Origin: a virus
Taxonomy: Duplodnaviria; Caudoviricetes
Virus record (IMG/VR): IMGVR_UViG_2909979649_000004
Direction: 5' to 3' (one strand)
DNA length: 64,000 bases
The translations under genes and the position numbers were made by a program. The notes beneath the pieces are model-generated. The model searched no databases and was not told the DNA's origin. It saw only the letters and a program-made list of their open reading frames with translations. Of the stretch, positions 29,271 through 37,940 are shown piece by piece (the first letter of the stretch is position 1; each line of letters opens with the position of its first letter).

Positions 29271-29651
29271 TTACGCTATTTTTTTATTTTCGGGTAGCGT
29301 TAAGTAATCTTGAATCTGTTGCTTAGCCGCATCGATTCCACGACACAAGACGGCCAGATAGTCTTGACTGGCTAACCGGTTTAGCCATTCTTTTTGATTG
29401 GCTGACACTTGTGTTTTAGCAGGAGGACTGGCTTTAAACTCAATGACCAACCCATGGTAACCACCACGGGGCATCATAATAAAAATGTCAGGTACCCCAG
29501 CTTTAACGCCTTGCTGTTTTAATTTGTTTGCTACCGCCACATGCCGATGACCACCATTAGGCACATGAAAGGCATGCCGATAAACATCAGGGTAATTGCC
29601 ATGTAACCAACGAAATAAATCGGCTTGTTCTTTTCCTTCAAGGTCACGCAT
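29271..29651 (-). CDS. VRR-NUC domain nuclease
   Basis: E..EQ..HVPNGG.R..GVKAGVPD..IEFK..Q..W. Confidence 0.92.
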   Translation of the reverse strand: MRDLEGKEQADLFRWLHGNYPDVYRHAFHVPNGGHRHVAVANKLKQQGVKAGVPDIFIMMPRGGYHGLVIEFKASPPAKTQVSANQKEWLNRLASQDYLAVLCRGIDAAKQQIQDYLTLPENKKIA

Positions 29652-29657
29652 TGTTAT

Positions 29658-29828
29658 TTACTCTCCACACATACCACACTTGCCACTTTTAAGCCCCTCA
29701 GCCGTTTTTCTCACTGCCAGGGCTAGTTCTCTGCTGCCATGTTCTAAACTGTCTTCTAGCTGCTCTGCGAGCCTCTCAAAGCGTTTTGCCATGGCAATCA
29801 AGTTGGTCGTTCGTTCTTTGCTTTTCAT
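29658..29828 (-). CDS. 56-aa hypothetical protein (not in ORF track)
   Basis: SD GGAG; MKSKERTTNL..KCGMCGE, co-oriented with operon. Confidence 0.6.
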   Translation of the reverse strand: MKSKERTTNLIAMAKRFERLAEQLEDSLEHGSRELALAVRKTAEGLKSGKCGMCGE

Positions 29829-29862
29829 TGTTGTTATTCTCCATTCGTTATTTCGGGTTTTG

Positions 29863-30149
29863 ACTTTTCACAATGCCATGTGAAAAGTTGAGAAAAGTCT
29901 GTGATAAGTGAGAATGTGTATAAATATATGAAAAATAAATAAAAAAATAATAATTATTAATATATATACCTACTTTTCACACTTATCACATAGATACCCC
30001 CTTTTTTTATTTTGTTCATTTCTTGTCCTTTACTTCTCATATAAATTAGGAAAGGGGTGTCTCTCGTGTTATTTCTGTGAGAAGCAAAAAAACCTAATAA
30101 AATCAACGATATCCTAACACATAGGAAAATGGGATAACTTGTGAAAAGT
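29863..30149. repeat. Putative replication origin of prophage 1 (TGTGAWAAGT iterons)
   Basis: About 8 copies in both orientations around an AT-rich core at 29915-29970, directly downstream of primase. Confidence 0.7.
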
Positions 30150-30186
30150 CGATTTTTTCTTTTAAAATCAACTATATCCTTTCACA

Positions 30187-32433
30187 TTATTTGTTTTCTG
30201 CGAAGTATGCAGCATGGACCCAAGCGGCTCGTGATCGTCCACGTGTTTTAATGTTGTTACTAAATTGGGCTAAGCCTCTACTCATCAGCGCCTTAAAAAT
30301 GAGGTCTTCTTGTTTAGGGTCAAGTTTTGAAAATGCAGGACTACGACTTATTTCGTATTTTGTTAATCCTTTAGCACCTGCTTTACGAATGATATCTTCA
30401 CATGACTTCAATTCTGTTTCAAATTTTGAACCACCTACTTTTTTGGATACTGTCTCTAGTAATTTAAAATCCAAATAGCGAACATAGTCAATAGCGTATT
30501 TTACTAATTCTTTCTCGATTGTCTTTGCATAGGGATTTTTAGATAAAGCGAGGATTAAACTAATCCGCATGGCCTTTTCACGCGTTCGACCTAATAAGAC
30601 ATCAAGTCCTTGTTGTTCCACTTCTTCTTGTTTAGCTAGTAACTCCTGTTCAAATTCTTTTAACAACATTAATGCATCGGCTTGAAATACTAATACCTTT
30701 TGTTCGACAGTTTCATTAGCGGCTTTTATCTCAGTAATGTTTCCAGCCAGATTACTACGTACTGCTTTTATCCAATTTAAAATACTTTCAGGCACAGGAC
30801 GCACATCAGGATCAATACTTGGTTGTCTGGATAAATGGCTTTCCATTATCAACAGCCGTCCTAAAAAGCCATCACGCACTAACTGTGAATTTAAGTTGTT
30901 GTAAAATGTGCCCGGTGTTGTCATAGCCAATAAGGTTAAAGCTGGGCTACGAATAACACGATTACGCACATCTTCCGCTTGGGATTTACTGAGTGTCATG
31001 GTCGAATACGACGGAGGACGCATGGTACCATCACAACGCCCCCAGCATTCCACCAGTTGAGTAATGGCTTCATCTTTTTGGGTATTATTGGCTTTTTGGC
31101 TGCTTTCAATCAGTTTGCCAAACTCATCAATAATTGAGATATGCACAGGTCGGGTTAACAATTCACTGAATACGGCGCCAGCTGAGGTATAACCACTTCC
31201 TGAAATTAGTTCGCCCAAGTCAGCCGCTTCTAAAATCCGCTCGACAATTTTTTTACCATGTTCTTTACCACTGGAACTTTTAGCAATATTCAAAAAGTAG
31301 AGCGATGAAAAATTATTTTTATTGGTACGATAAAAACGCCCACAGATCACACTCCCCAATGCTAAGGCTGATTGTATAGCTAGCGCCGGTTGTTTTTTAG
31401 TGGCCGTATCATTCATATACTTAACGACTTCCCCTAATACACCCGGCACCTTATATAAATGGTCAGGCAAAGATTCAGGCACAGGCTCGTCTTTAGGTTG
31501 ACTCGCTACAATAGGATAAACTGGCACCACATCATGGGGATGATTTCTAAGATGGGTTGCCACTAAGCTGGCAATACACGTATTTAATTCAGCCTGGCCT
31601 AATGGTGGGTTATTCCCTTTATCCCATTCGTTTAATATCTGCTTAATGGTGTATAAATCCATGCCACCTGCGAGATATTGCCCCACTAAGGAAACAGCCG
31701 ATTTATTTCGTTCACCTTCATTAACTGAATTGCCATCGGCTTTATGATGGTAATAATCAGCCAGGTTAAATCCAATGTTACCGGTCGCAGGCTTAGTCGC
31801 GTCATTAAACTGGTTAATGGTAATTAAGTCTTGCTCAGTTAGGTATGGCAAGTCGTGGATAGAATCAACCGGCCACGTGGGGTCAATTTCCCATTCATAT
31901 TTAGTACCACTGGCATGAGTGGAGCCAGGCGCAACGACATAACCTCCATGGCCACGAAAATCAATTTTTGTTTTGCTATTAACTGAATTTCGAATATCCA
32001 CGCTTTTATTGGGCTGAAAGTAATAGTGTTTCCCTTTAGCGGTTTTTACTTTCCATGGAGTACGACCGACGGCACCTGACTCCATAAATTGAACGGCTTC
32101 TTCAGAGTCGGCGTCCACAACAATCACATTACGCCCCGTCACAATGGCATAATTGGCATAGGGAAATTGATGTGTCCAATTCTCTATTTCTTGATCAGAC
32201 GGCGGTTGCTTCTGGTATTTATGCCAACTGGTGCGTGGTGTTTTAGGCCAACGTTCTTTGGCTTTTTCTAAATCGCCATCACAACGGTCATTAACAAAAT
32301 ACGGTGGTGGTGTATCAAAAGGTGAACCTAATGGAATTAAGGTAAAACCTTGTTCATTCAACTGCCAAGCAATATCCTCAGTGGGTTCGGGTTTTAAATC
32401 TGGCATCATGTTCGACATCCCTGATTTAGGCAT
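30187..32433 (-). CDS. Bifunctional primase-polymerase / PriCT / DUF3987-type helicase
   Basis: N.AIVTG..VVDAD, T.KGKHYYF, DFRG.GGYVVAPGS.H; EGERN; SSSGKE, IDEFG. Confidence 0.88.
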   Translation of the reverse strand: MPKSGMSNMMPDLKPEPTEDIAWQLNEQGFTLIPLGSPFDTPPPYFVNDRCDGDLEKAKERWPKTPRTSWHKYQKQPPSDQEIENWTHQFPYANYAIVTGRNVIVVDADSEEAVQFMESGAVGRTPWKVKTAKGKHYYFQPNKSVDIRNSVNSKTKIDFRGHGGYVVAPGSTHASGTKYEWEIDPTWPVDSIHDLPYLTEQDLITINQFNDATKPATGNIGFNLADYYHHKADGNSVNEGERNKSAVSLVGQYLAGGMDLYTIKQILNEWDKGNNPPLGQAELNTCIASLVATHLRNHPHDVVPVYPIVASQPKDEPVPESLPDHLYKVPGVLGEVVKYMNDTATKKQPALAIQSALALGSVICGRFYRTNKNNFSSLYFLNIAKSSSGKEHGKKIVERILEAADLGELISGSGYTSAGAVFSELLTRPVHISIIDEFGKLIESSQKANNTQKDEAITQLVECWGRCDGTMRPPSYSTMTLSKSQAEDVRNRVIRSPALTLLAMTTPGTFYNNLNSQLVRDGFLGRLLIMESHLSRQPSIDPDVRPVPESILNWIKAVRSNLAGNITEIKAANETVEQKVLVFQADALMLLKEFEQELLAKQEEVEQQGLDVLLGRTREKAMRISLILALSKNPYAKTIEKELVKYAIDYVRYLDFKLLETVSKKVGGSKFETELKSCEDIIRKAGAKGLTKYEISRSPAFSKLDPKQEDLIFKALMSRGLAQFSNNIKTRGRSRAAWVHAAYFAENK

Positions 32434-32494
32434 ACTGGTACTGCTGGATAATCCAATCCAGTACTAATTAGTAAAACAGTCATCTCTAGCAGTA

Positions 32495-32523
32495 GTGACA
32501 TCAAAGACCTACTCAGATATAGT
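32495..32523 (+). promoter_or_regulatory. Promoter of putative small RNA 1
   Basis: GTGACA-N17-TATAGT; matches GTGACG-N17-TAAAGT in prophage 2. Confidence 0.55.
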
Positions 32524-32529
32524 TATTGC

Positions 32530-32645
32530 TCAACCAAGGGATGTGCAGAGCCCAATAGTCGCGAGGCTACTCCTTATACCTCTCCCATCTCCTTTGTTGT
32601 TTCGGGTTTAGCCGGACTTCCCTTGGGAGGTTCCGGCTTTTTATT
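32530..32645 (+). ncRNA. Putative structured antisense RNA 1
   Basis: No ORF; promoter upstream; caaccaagggatg/catctcctttgttg stem; terminator agccgga..tccggct-T run; anti-SD tracts. Confidence 0.5.
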
Positions 32646-32657
32646 ACTATGAGTTAC

Positions 32658-32720
32658 AAGATACACAAAGATTACTAAGTACGTCAATAGTTACGATAAA
32701 GTTTTCTTTTGATTACTTTC
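32658..32720 (-). promoter_or_regulatory. Lytic promoter (pR-like) with repressor operators
   Basis: Minus TTGACG-N18-TATCTT; AAAGATTAC / GATTACTTTC motifs recur at 33277-33310 (GTAATC-AAA-GATTAC dyad). Confidence 0.55.
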
Positions 32721-32753
32721 TACTTCTTTTGAAAGAGATGGTACGCTTACTAT

Positions 32754-33191
32754 ATGAGCGAGAAAAAAAGCGAGCTGAAAGATAGAATTAAATCGGTTAG
32801 AAAGTTCCGGCTTTTCACGCAAGAAGAGCTAGGGCAGAAACTTGGTGTTACAAAGTCAGCTGTTGCCGCCTGGGAAACTGGTAGAAACTCCCCAGCCCCA
32901 TTAATGCTGAAAGAGATTAGTAAGCTCCTAAACTGTTCTTTTGACTGGCTATCGTCAGATGAAAGTGAAATTACTGGTCAATGGGCTGAGCGAATAAAAG
33001 TAGAGCACCCAGATAAAGTAGATAATGAGAACTATGATCGTAACAGAATCATGGAAGATGTAAGCTATGTTGCAACTAATATTACTCGTCTTGGACTTGA
33101 GGATAAACTCACTCAGTCGGATATGAAGTTACTCAAATCAATAATTGATATTATTGAAGAACGAGAAGAAATTAATAATACATCTAAGTAA
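32754..33191 (+). CDS. XRE-family repressor (CI-like, no S24 domain)
   Basis: RIK..R..TQEELG..LGVTKSAV..WE.G..P..WL HTH; divergent from replication operon. Confidence 0.85.
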   Translation: MSEKKSELKDRIKSVRKFRLFTQEELGQKLGVTKSAVAAWETGRNSPAPLMLKEISKLLNCSFDWLSSDESEITGQWAERIKVEHPDKVDNENYDRNRIMEDVSYVATNITRLGLEDKLTQSDMKLLKSIIDIIEEREEINNTSK

Positions 33192-33335
33192 TTAGCCCTT
33201 CTTAATTCACTCCTGTCTCTCCATTCTTATAGATATTTTTAATTAACCCACCTCTTCTAGTAATTTTTTTATACTTGAAAGTAATCAAAGATTACCTAAG
33301 AATACTAAGTACACAGTATTAGTGAGAGTTACTAA

Positions 33336-33725
33336 ATGGACGGTAACGTAATAGCAGAAGGACACTGGCAAGCGCACCTGAACAATCCGCACCTTGCCCC
33401 TCGGGAGACGTTGTACTGCTTCGGTCTCCTAGCGGGTAAGTCAGATAAACAGATTGCCCGCGATTGTGAAGTCTCACCGGGCACAGTGACGCAACGAATT
33501 AAAACCGTACATTACAAGCTACGGACCCATAACCGGGCACATTTAGTGGCTGAGTTAATTCGGCTAAAAGTGGTCACCCCACTATTGATGGTATTAGCCG
33601 CATTAACACTACCTGATTTACCACTATTAACTGCCCAAGACGATGACCCGAATCAACCCCGCCAGGTTCGCATTACTCAACGACCTGTGCGGCGAGCTGA
33701 TGACTTAACGACATTATTAGTATAA
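33336..33725 (+). CDS. LuxR-type HTH protein
   Basis: LAPRE..G.SDKQIAR..VSPGTV..KL..NRAHLVAE. Confidence 0.8.
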   Translation: MDGNVIAEGHWQAHLNNPHLAPRETLYCFGLLAGKSDKQIARDCEVSPGTVTQRIKTVHYKLRTHNRAHLVAELIRLKVVTPLLMVLAALTLPDLPLLTAQDDDPNQPRQVRITQRPVRRADDLTTLLV

Positions 33726-33736
33726 GGAGCCACACA

Positions 33737-34651
33737 ATGGCATCAATAAAGGAAGCAACTGTTTATAGGCTTAAGGTCCACTCAGATATGGTGGTCGAAA
33801 AAATAATGGGTGGATTACAACAATATGCATTTCAGCCTTGCGGTAAAACCCAAGAATTAAGCCATGGGTTTACACCGGTCGTAGACGATAGCTTTGTTTT
33901 AATGGGCGATCACTTAGTTTTATTCCGTTATAAAATCGAAGAAAAAATATTGCCTAAAGCGGTGATTGAACACCATGCCCAAAGACGCATGGTAGAAGCC
34001 GAAGAAAAAAACGGTAAACCCTTATCAAGACAAGAAAAAGACCAAATAAAAGATGCTGTCCGTGTTGAATTACTCCCGCAAGCATTTAGCCTTTATAAAA
34101 CCATTGATGCCTATATTGATACCCAAAACGGTTGGTTAGTGGTGGGTAGCTGCAATACTACAGCGCTGGATTATGTCTTAGGGGCTATCAGACAAGTAGT
34201 CAGTGGTTTTTCCAGTGAACTAATGGTGACAAAACAAGAACCCAGTTTGATCATGACCGCCTGGATATACCAGGAAGCCTTAGACTTTTCTGAATTTGAG
34301 CTAGGCGACTGCTTTAAAATCTCCAATGGTGAAGGTTCTATTACCTGTCGGAAAGAAGATTTACGCGATCAGGAAATTGTTGATTTATGTGGTACTCGCC
34401 AGGTTAAGCAATTAACCCTTGAAAGTGTGCATTACACGTTTGATGTTACCGAAAACATGCAAATCAAAAGACTTAAAATTGATGACGCTTACACCGATTC
34501 TTTTATAAATAATGAGGAAGAAGACAAGCTTCATTATCTTCGGGTTAATGCGTTTGTCACTCAGCAAACCATCAGTGAAATTATTAACACCTTAATTAAA
34601 GCGTTTGGTGGATTGGTTGAGGAAAGATTGCCAGAAGAGCAAGCGGCATGA
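33737..34651 (+). CDS. rdgC: Recombination-associated protein RdgC
   Basis: F.PCG..SHGF.P..EEKILP..LLPQAF..P..IMT.W. Confidence 0.9.
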   Translation: MASIKEATVYRLKVHSDMVVEKIMGGLQQYAFQPCGKTQELSHGFTPVVDDSFVLMGDHLVLFRYKIEEKILPKAVIEHHAQRRMVEAEEKNGKPLSRQEKDQIKDAVRVELLPQAFSLYKTIDAYIDTQNGWLVVGSCNTTALDYVLGAIRQVVSGFSSELMVTKQEPSLIMTAWIYQEALDFSEFELGDCFKISNGEGSITCRKEDLRDQEIVDLCGTRQVKQLTLESVHYTFDVTENMQIKRLKIDDAYTDSFINNEEEDKLHYLRVNAFVTQQTISEIINTLIKAFGGLVEERLPEEQAA

Positions 34652-34857
34652 AACCCATGGCCACCCGATTACCCAAAACTGAACTAAAAGCCAACCAAGC
34701 ATTAAGAAGGAGAAAAACTGAAGCCGAAATTATGTGGGAGAAAATTTCCAAGGAGTACCACGAATTATTAAAGATTAACAACAGTCTGAGAGTACGATTA
34801 CGTTATCAATTAGATAAAGCCAAACATCGATTATTAAGAGAACCTGCCGGGTTCTAA
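34648..34857 (+). CDS. Hypothetical protein
   Basis: Coupled to rdgC by ATGA overlap. Confidence 0.65.
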   Translation: MKPMATRLPKTELKANQALRRRKTEAEIMWEKISKEYHELLKINNSLRVRLRYQLDKAKHRLLREPAGF

Positions 34858-34940
34858 ACCGAATAAAAAGCTGAATTTAAAAACGCTCAAATTAGAGCCA
34901 TGGCACTTTATTGCCTGAAGAAAGTGAAGGAGAAAACAAA

Positions 34941-35357
34941 ATGTTAGCAACCCAACAACCACAACCCGTTAATATGATCGATGAATTAGCTAATCAATGG
35001 GAGTTTGCCAAACAACAAGAAACCGAAGCGATAAAAAGCCGCCGTGCTATTGAAGATAAACTGATTGAATTAATTGGCCGTAAGCCAGAAGGCACTTGCA
35101 GTAAAGCAACGGAAGTATTCAAGTTAAAAACTAACTCTAAGATTAGTCGCAAAGTAGATGTCAATAAATTAGCTGATGTCGCGCAGTCCATAAATCCAAC
35201 CTTATTTAATAACTTGTTTCGGGTGAAGTATGAGGTCAATACCACAGCCTTTAAGGAGTTAATGAAGACCGACAGTAAAACCTACAATGTAGCAGCCCAT
35301 GCGGTTATTTCCACTCCTGCCAGAACCAGCGTTAGCGTTGAGCGTGTGGAGCAATAA
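34941..35357 (+). CDS. Hypothetical phage protein of the Sak4 module
   Basis: SD AAGGAG; W..AK..E..R..IE..L coiled coil. Confidence 0.65.
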   Translation: MLATQQPQPVNMIDELANQWEFAKQQETEAIKSRRAIEDKLIELIGRKPEGTCSKATEVFKLKTNSKISRKVDVNKLADVAQSINPTLFNNLFRVKYEVNTTAFKELMKTDSKTYNVAAHAVISTPARTSVSVERVEQ

Positions 35358-35359
35358 CC

Positions 35360-36112
35360 ATGGCCATTTCATTAGCCAGTATCTCAAAAACCAACGGGAT
35401 TAAGGCTCCACGGATATTGATTTATGGGACTCATGGCATTGGTAAAACCACCTTTGCCGCCGGGGCTCCGAATCCCATATTTTTATTTACCGAAGATGGT
35501 TCCGGTCAATTAGCATTAAATTCATTTCCACTCCTGACGAATTATGTAGAAGTTATTCAAGCTTTAGCGGCTCTATATAATGAACAACACGAATTTCAGA
35601 CCGTGGTGCTTGATTCACTGGATCATTTAGAACCCTTAATTTGGACCCATACGGCCCAGCAATGTAATAAAGACAGTATCGAAGACTTTGGCTATGGCAA
35701 AGGCTATATGGAAGCCTTACGTTATTGGCGTGAAATATTAGGTTGGCTGGATGCGTTACGTAACCAAAAAGGCATGACCTATATTTTAACCGCTCATACC
35801 CATATTAAACGTTTTGATAGTCCTGAAACGGATTCTTATGACCGCTACCAAATTAAGTTAAATGACAAAGCCAGTGGCTTAGTTCAGGAGTCAGTAGACT
35901 GTGTGTTGTTCTGTAATTATCAGGTCAACATTAATAAAGCCGATGTCGGCTTTGGTAAAGAAAAAGCCCGAGGTATTTCCACTGGACAACGGTTGATTCA
36001 TACCGTGGAAAAACCCGCTTACATAGCCAAAAACCGTTTTAACTTACCCGAAAAAATGCCCCTTGCATGGGAGGCATTTACCAATGCACTTAACCCACAA
36101 CCCTCTGTATAA
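35360..36112 (+). CDS. Sak4-like AAA_24 ATPase (single-strand annealing)
   Basis: YGTHGIGKTT, TEDG, VLDSLD.LE, GYGKGY, AKNR. Confidence 0.88.
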   Translation: MAISLASISKTNGIKAPRILIYGTHGIGKTTFAAGAPNPIFLFTEDGSGQLALNSFPLLTNYVEVIQALAALYNEQHEFQTVVLDSLDHLEPLIWTHTAQQCNKDSIEDFGYGKGYMEALRYWREILGWLDALRNQKGMTYILTAHTHIKRFDSPETDSYDRYQIKLNDKASGLVQESVDCVLFCNYQVNINKADVGFGKEKARGISTGQRLIHTVEKPAYIAKNRFNLPEKMPLAWEAFTNALNPQPSV

Positions 36113-36123
36113 GGAGAGTCATC

Positions 36124-36702
36124 ATGGCAAGTTTTGGATTTAATACAGGTGAATATGATCCTAATGCCGGATTTGAGGTATTACCTGCCGGTGATTATAT
36201 CGCTATGTTGGTAGAAGCCGATATTAAAGCGAATTCAAAAGGCACCGGCCAATTTATTAACTGTAAATGGTTAATTACTGAAGGCGAGTTTGCTAATCGT
36301 AATATTTTTGATGCAGTCAATATTACTCACCAAAATACCATGGCGGAGAAATTAGGTCGGCAACGACTGTCGGCGATTGCTCATGCCATTGGGATTCCTG
36401 ATGCGCAGGATACTGACCAGTTATTACAAAAACCCTGTGTGTTAACGCTTGGAATGAAGCGTGACGATAAATATGGTGAGCAGAATACCATTAAAAAATT
36501 CACGGCTTATCAGTTTGGCATGCAACAACCGGCATCACCAGGCAGTTATCAGCAAACAGCTGTGCCAACCATGCCACCTCAAAATACAACACAACAGCCG
36601 GTTACTCAGGTACCACAACAACCCATGAATGTAGGTGGTCCTAATGGTCAGCCTGTGTTTAATACGCCCTCATCTGAGCAAGTAGCAAAAATAGCCGTTT
36701 AA
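36124..36702 (+). CDS. DUF669-like ssDNA-binding protein
   Basis: FEVLPAGDY..G..G.F..R.IF..N.IK plus Q/P-rich tail. Confidence 0.8.
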   Translation: MASFGFNTGEYDPNAGFEVLPAGDYIAMLVEADIKANSKGTGQFINCKWLITEGEFANRNIFDAVNITHQNTMAEKLGRQRLSAIAHAIGIPDAQDTDQLLQKPCVLTLGMKRDDKYGEQNTIKKFTAYQFGMQQPASPGSYQQTAVPTMPPQNTTQQPVTQVPQQPMNVGGPNGQPVFNTPSSEQVAKIAV

Positions 36703-36899
36703 TTATTTAAGAAAATATAAAAAAGCATTGCTTCGTTAACGCGGGTTCAGGGCTAATCGATAAAACAACGAAGCAATGCAATATACGCAAGATTAAAAAA
36801 CTATCTGATTGAGGATTACAAGAAAAGTATACCTCAACTGCAATAAAAAATTTTACTGAAAACGACACTTTTAATAGCCGGTAACCAGGGAGTGACCAT

Positions 36900-37940
36900 A
36901 TGCAAATTCCTGACGCCAGTAACACAACCGTTAATGCCATTTACCAACATTACGAAAAAAATGCTGATAGTGGTTTTCGGGCACACTTGGGCGCGTCCAT
37001 TATTGGTAAAGAATGCCAACGGGCGCTGTGGTATGACTTTCATTGGTGTACCCCTAGCAATCATTCGGGTCAGCTATTGCGCTTATTTGAGACTGGCCAG
37101 TTAGCCGAAGCGCGCTTTGCTGAAAACCTAAGAGCCATTGGCGTACAAATCCATACCGTAGACCCAAAGACCGGTTTGCAATATCGGGTCGTGGCTTGTG
37201 ATGGTCACTTTGGTGGCAGTATGGATGGCATTGGTCAAGGTTTCCCTGAAGCCCCAAAGACACCCCATGTCGTAGAGATGAAGACTCACAGCGAGAAGTC
37301 TTTTAAGGAATTAGAAAAGAAAAAGGTTAAGGAATCCAAACCCCAGCATTACACCCAAATGCAAGTCTATATGCACCTCGGCGGATTCGAGCGAGCTTTT
37401 TATATTGCCGTGAATAAAAACACTGACGAACTTTATGGTGAACGGGTTGAATATGATCAACAGCATGCCAGGGAGGCAATTGATAAAGCATGTAATGTGA
37501 TTTTTTCGAGTGCACCACCGGCAAAAATTAACGAAGACCCGAGCTGGTTTAAGTGCAAGTTTTGCGACCACCAAGCCGTGTGCCATCAAAACAAATTACC
37601 ACCGGTTAACTGTCGTACCTGTATGCATTCTACCCCAGTGGCCAATGGTCAGTGGTTATGTGAGCGTTACCAACTCAATCCGACCGATGAGCAACAACGC
37701 TGGGGCTGTCAGAGCCATATGTATAACCCACATCTGTTGTATCCCTGGGCGGAAGTACTGGATAGTGGGGATTACTGGTATCAGTTTGCTATCAAAGCCA
37801 CAGGGGAAATCATTACCACTGGTGAAGCACCTGAACACTACAAGAGCAGTGAATTAAGGGCCGTTTCTGATTTATCACTATTAAACGATAAAAACGTTGA
37901 AGCGATCCGTGACCACTTTGATGCCAAGGTGGTGGCATGA
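36900..37940 (+). CDS. Cas4-like PD-(D/E)XK exonuclease
   Basis: HLGAS.IG.EC.R.LW, G.MDG, EMKT, Q.QVYM, CKFC..VC, NCRTC. Confidence 0.88.
   Translation: MQIPDASNTTVNAIYQHYEKNADSGFRAHLGASIIGKECQRALWYDFHWCTPSNHSGQLLRLFETGQLAEARFAENLRAIGVQIHTVDPKTGLQYRVVACDGHFGGSMDGIGQGFPEAPKTPHVVEMKTHSEKSFKELEKKKVKESKPQHYTQMQVYMHLGGFERAFYIAVNKNTDELYGERVEYDQQHAREAIDKACNVIFSSAPPAKINEDPSWFKCKFCDHQAVCHQNKLPPVNCRTCMHSTPVANGQWLCERYQLNPTDEQQRWGCQSHMYNPHLLYPWAEVLDSGDYWYQFAIKATGEIITTGEAPEHYKSSELRAVSDLSLLNDKNVEAIRDHFDAKVVA

Noticed and set aside
36900-37940. CRISPR-associated cas4
   Set aside because: No array or other cas genes; sits in a standard Sak4-SSB-exonuclease-helicase phage module
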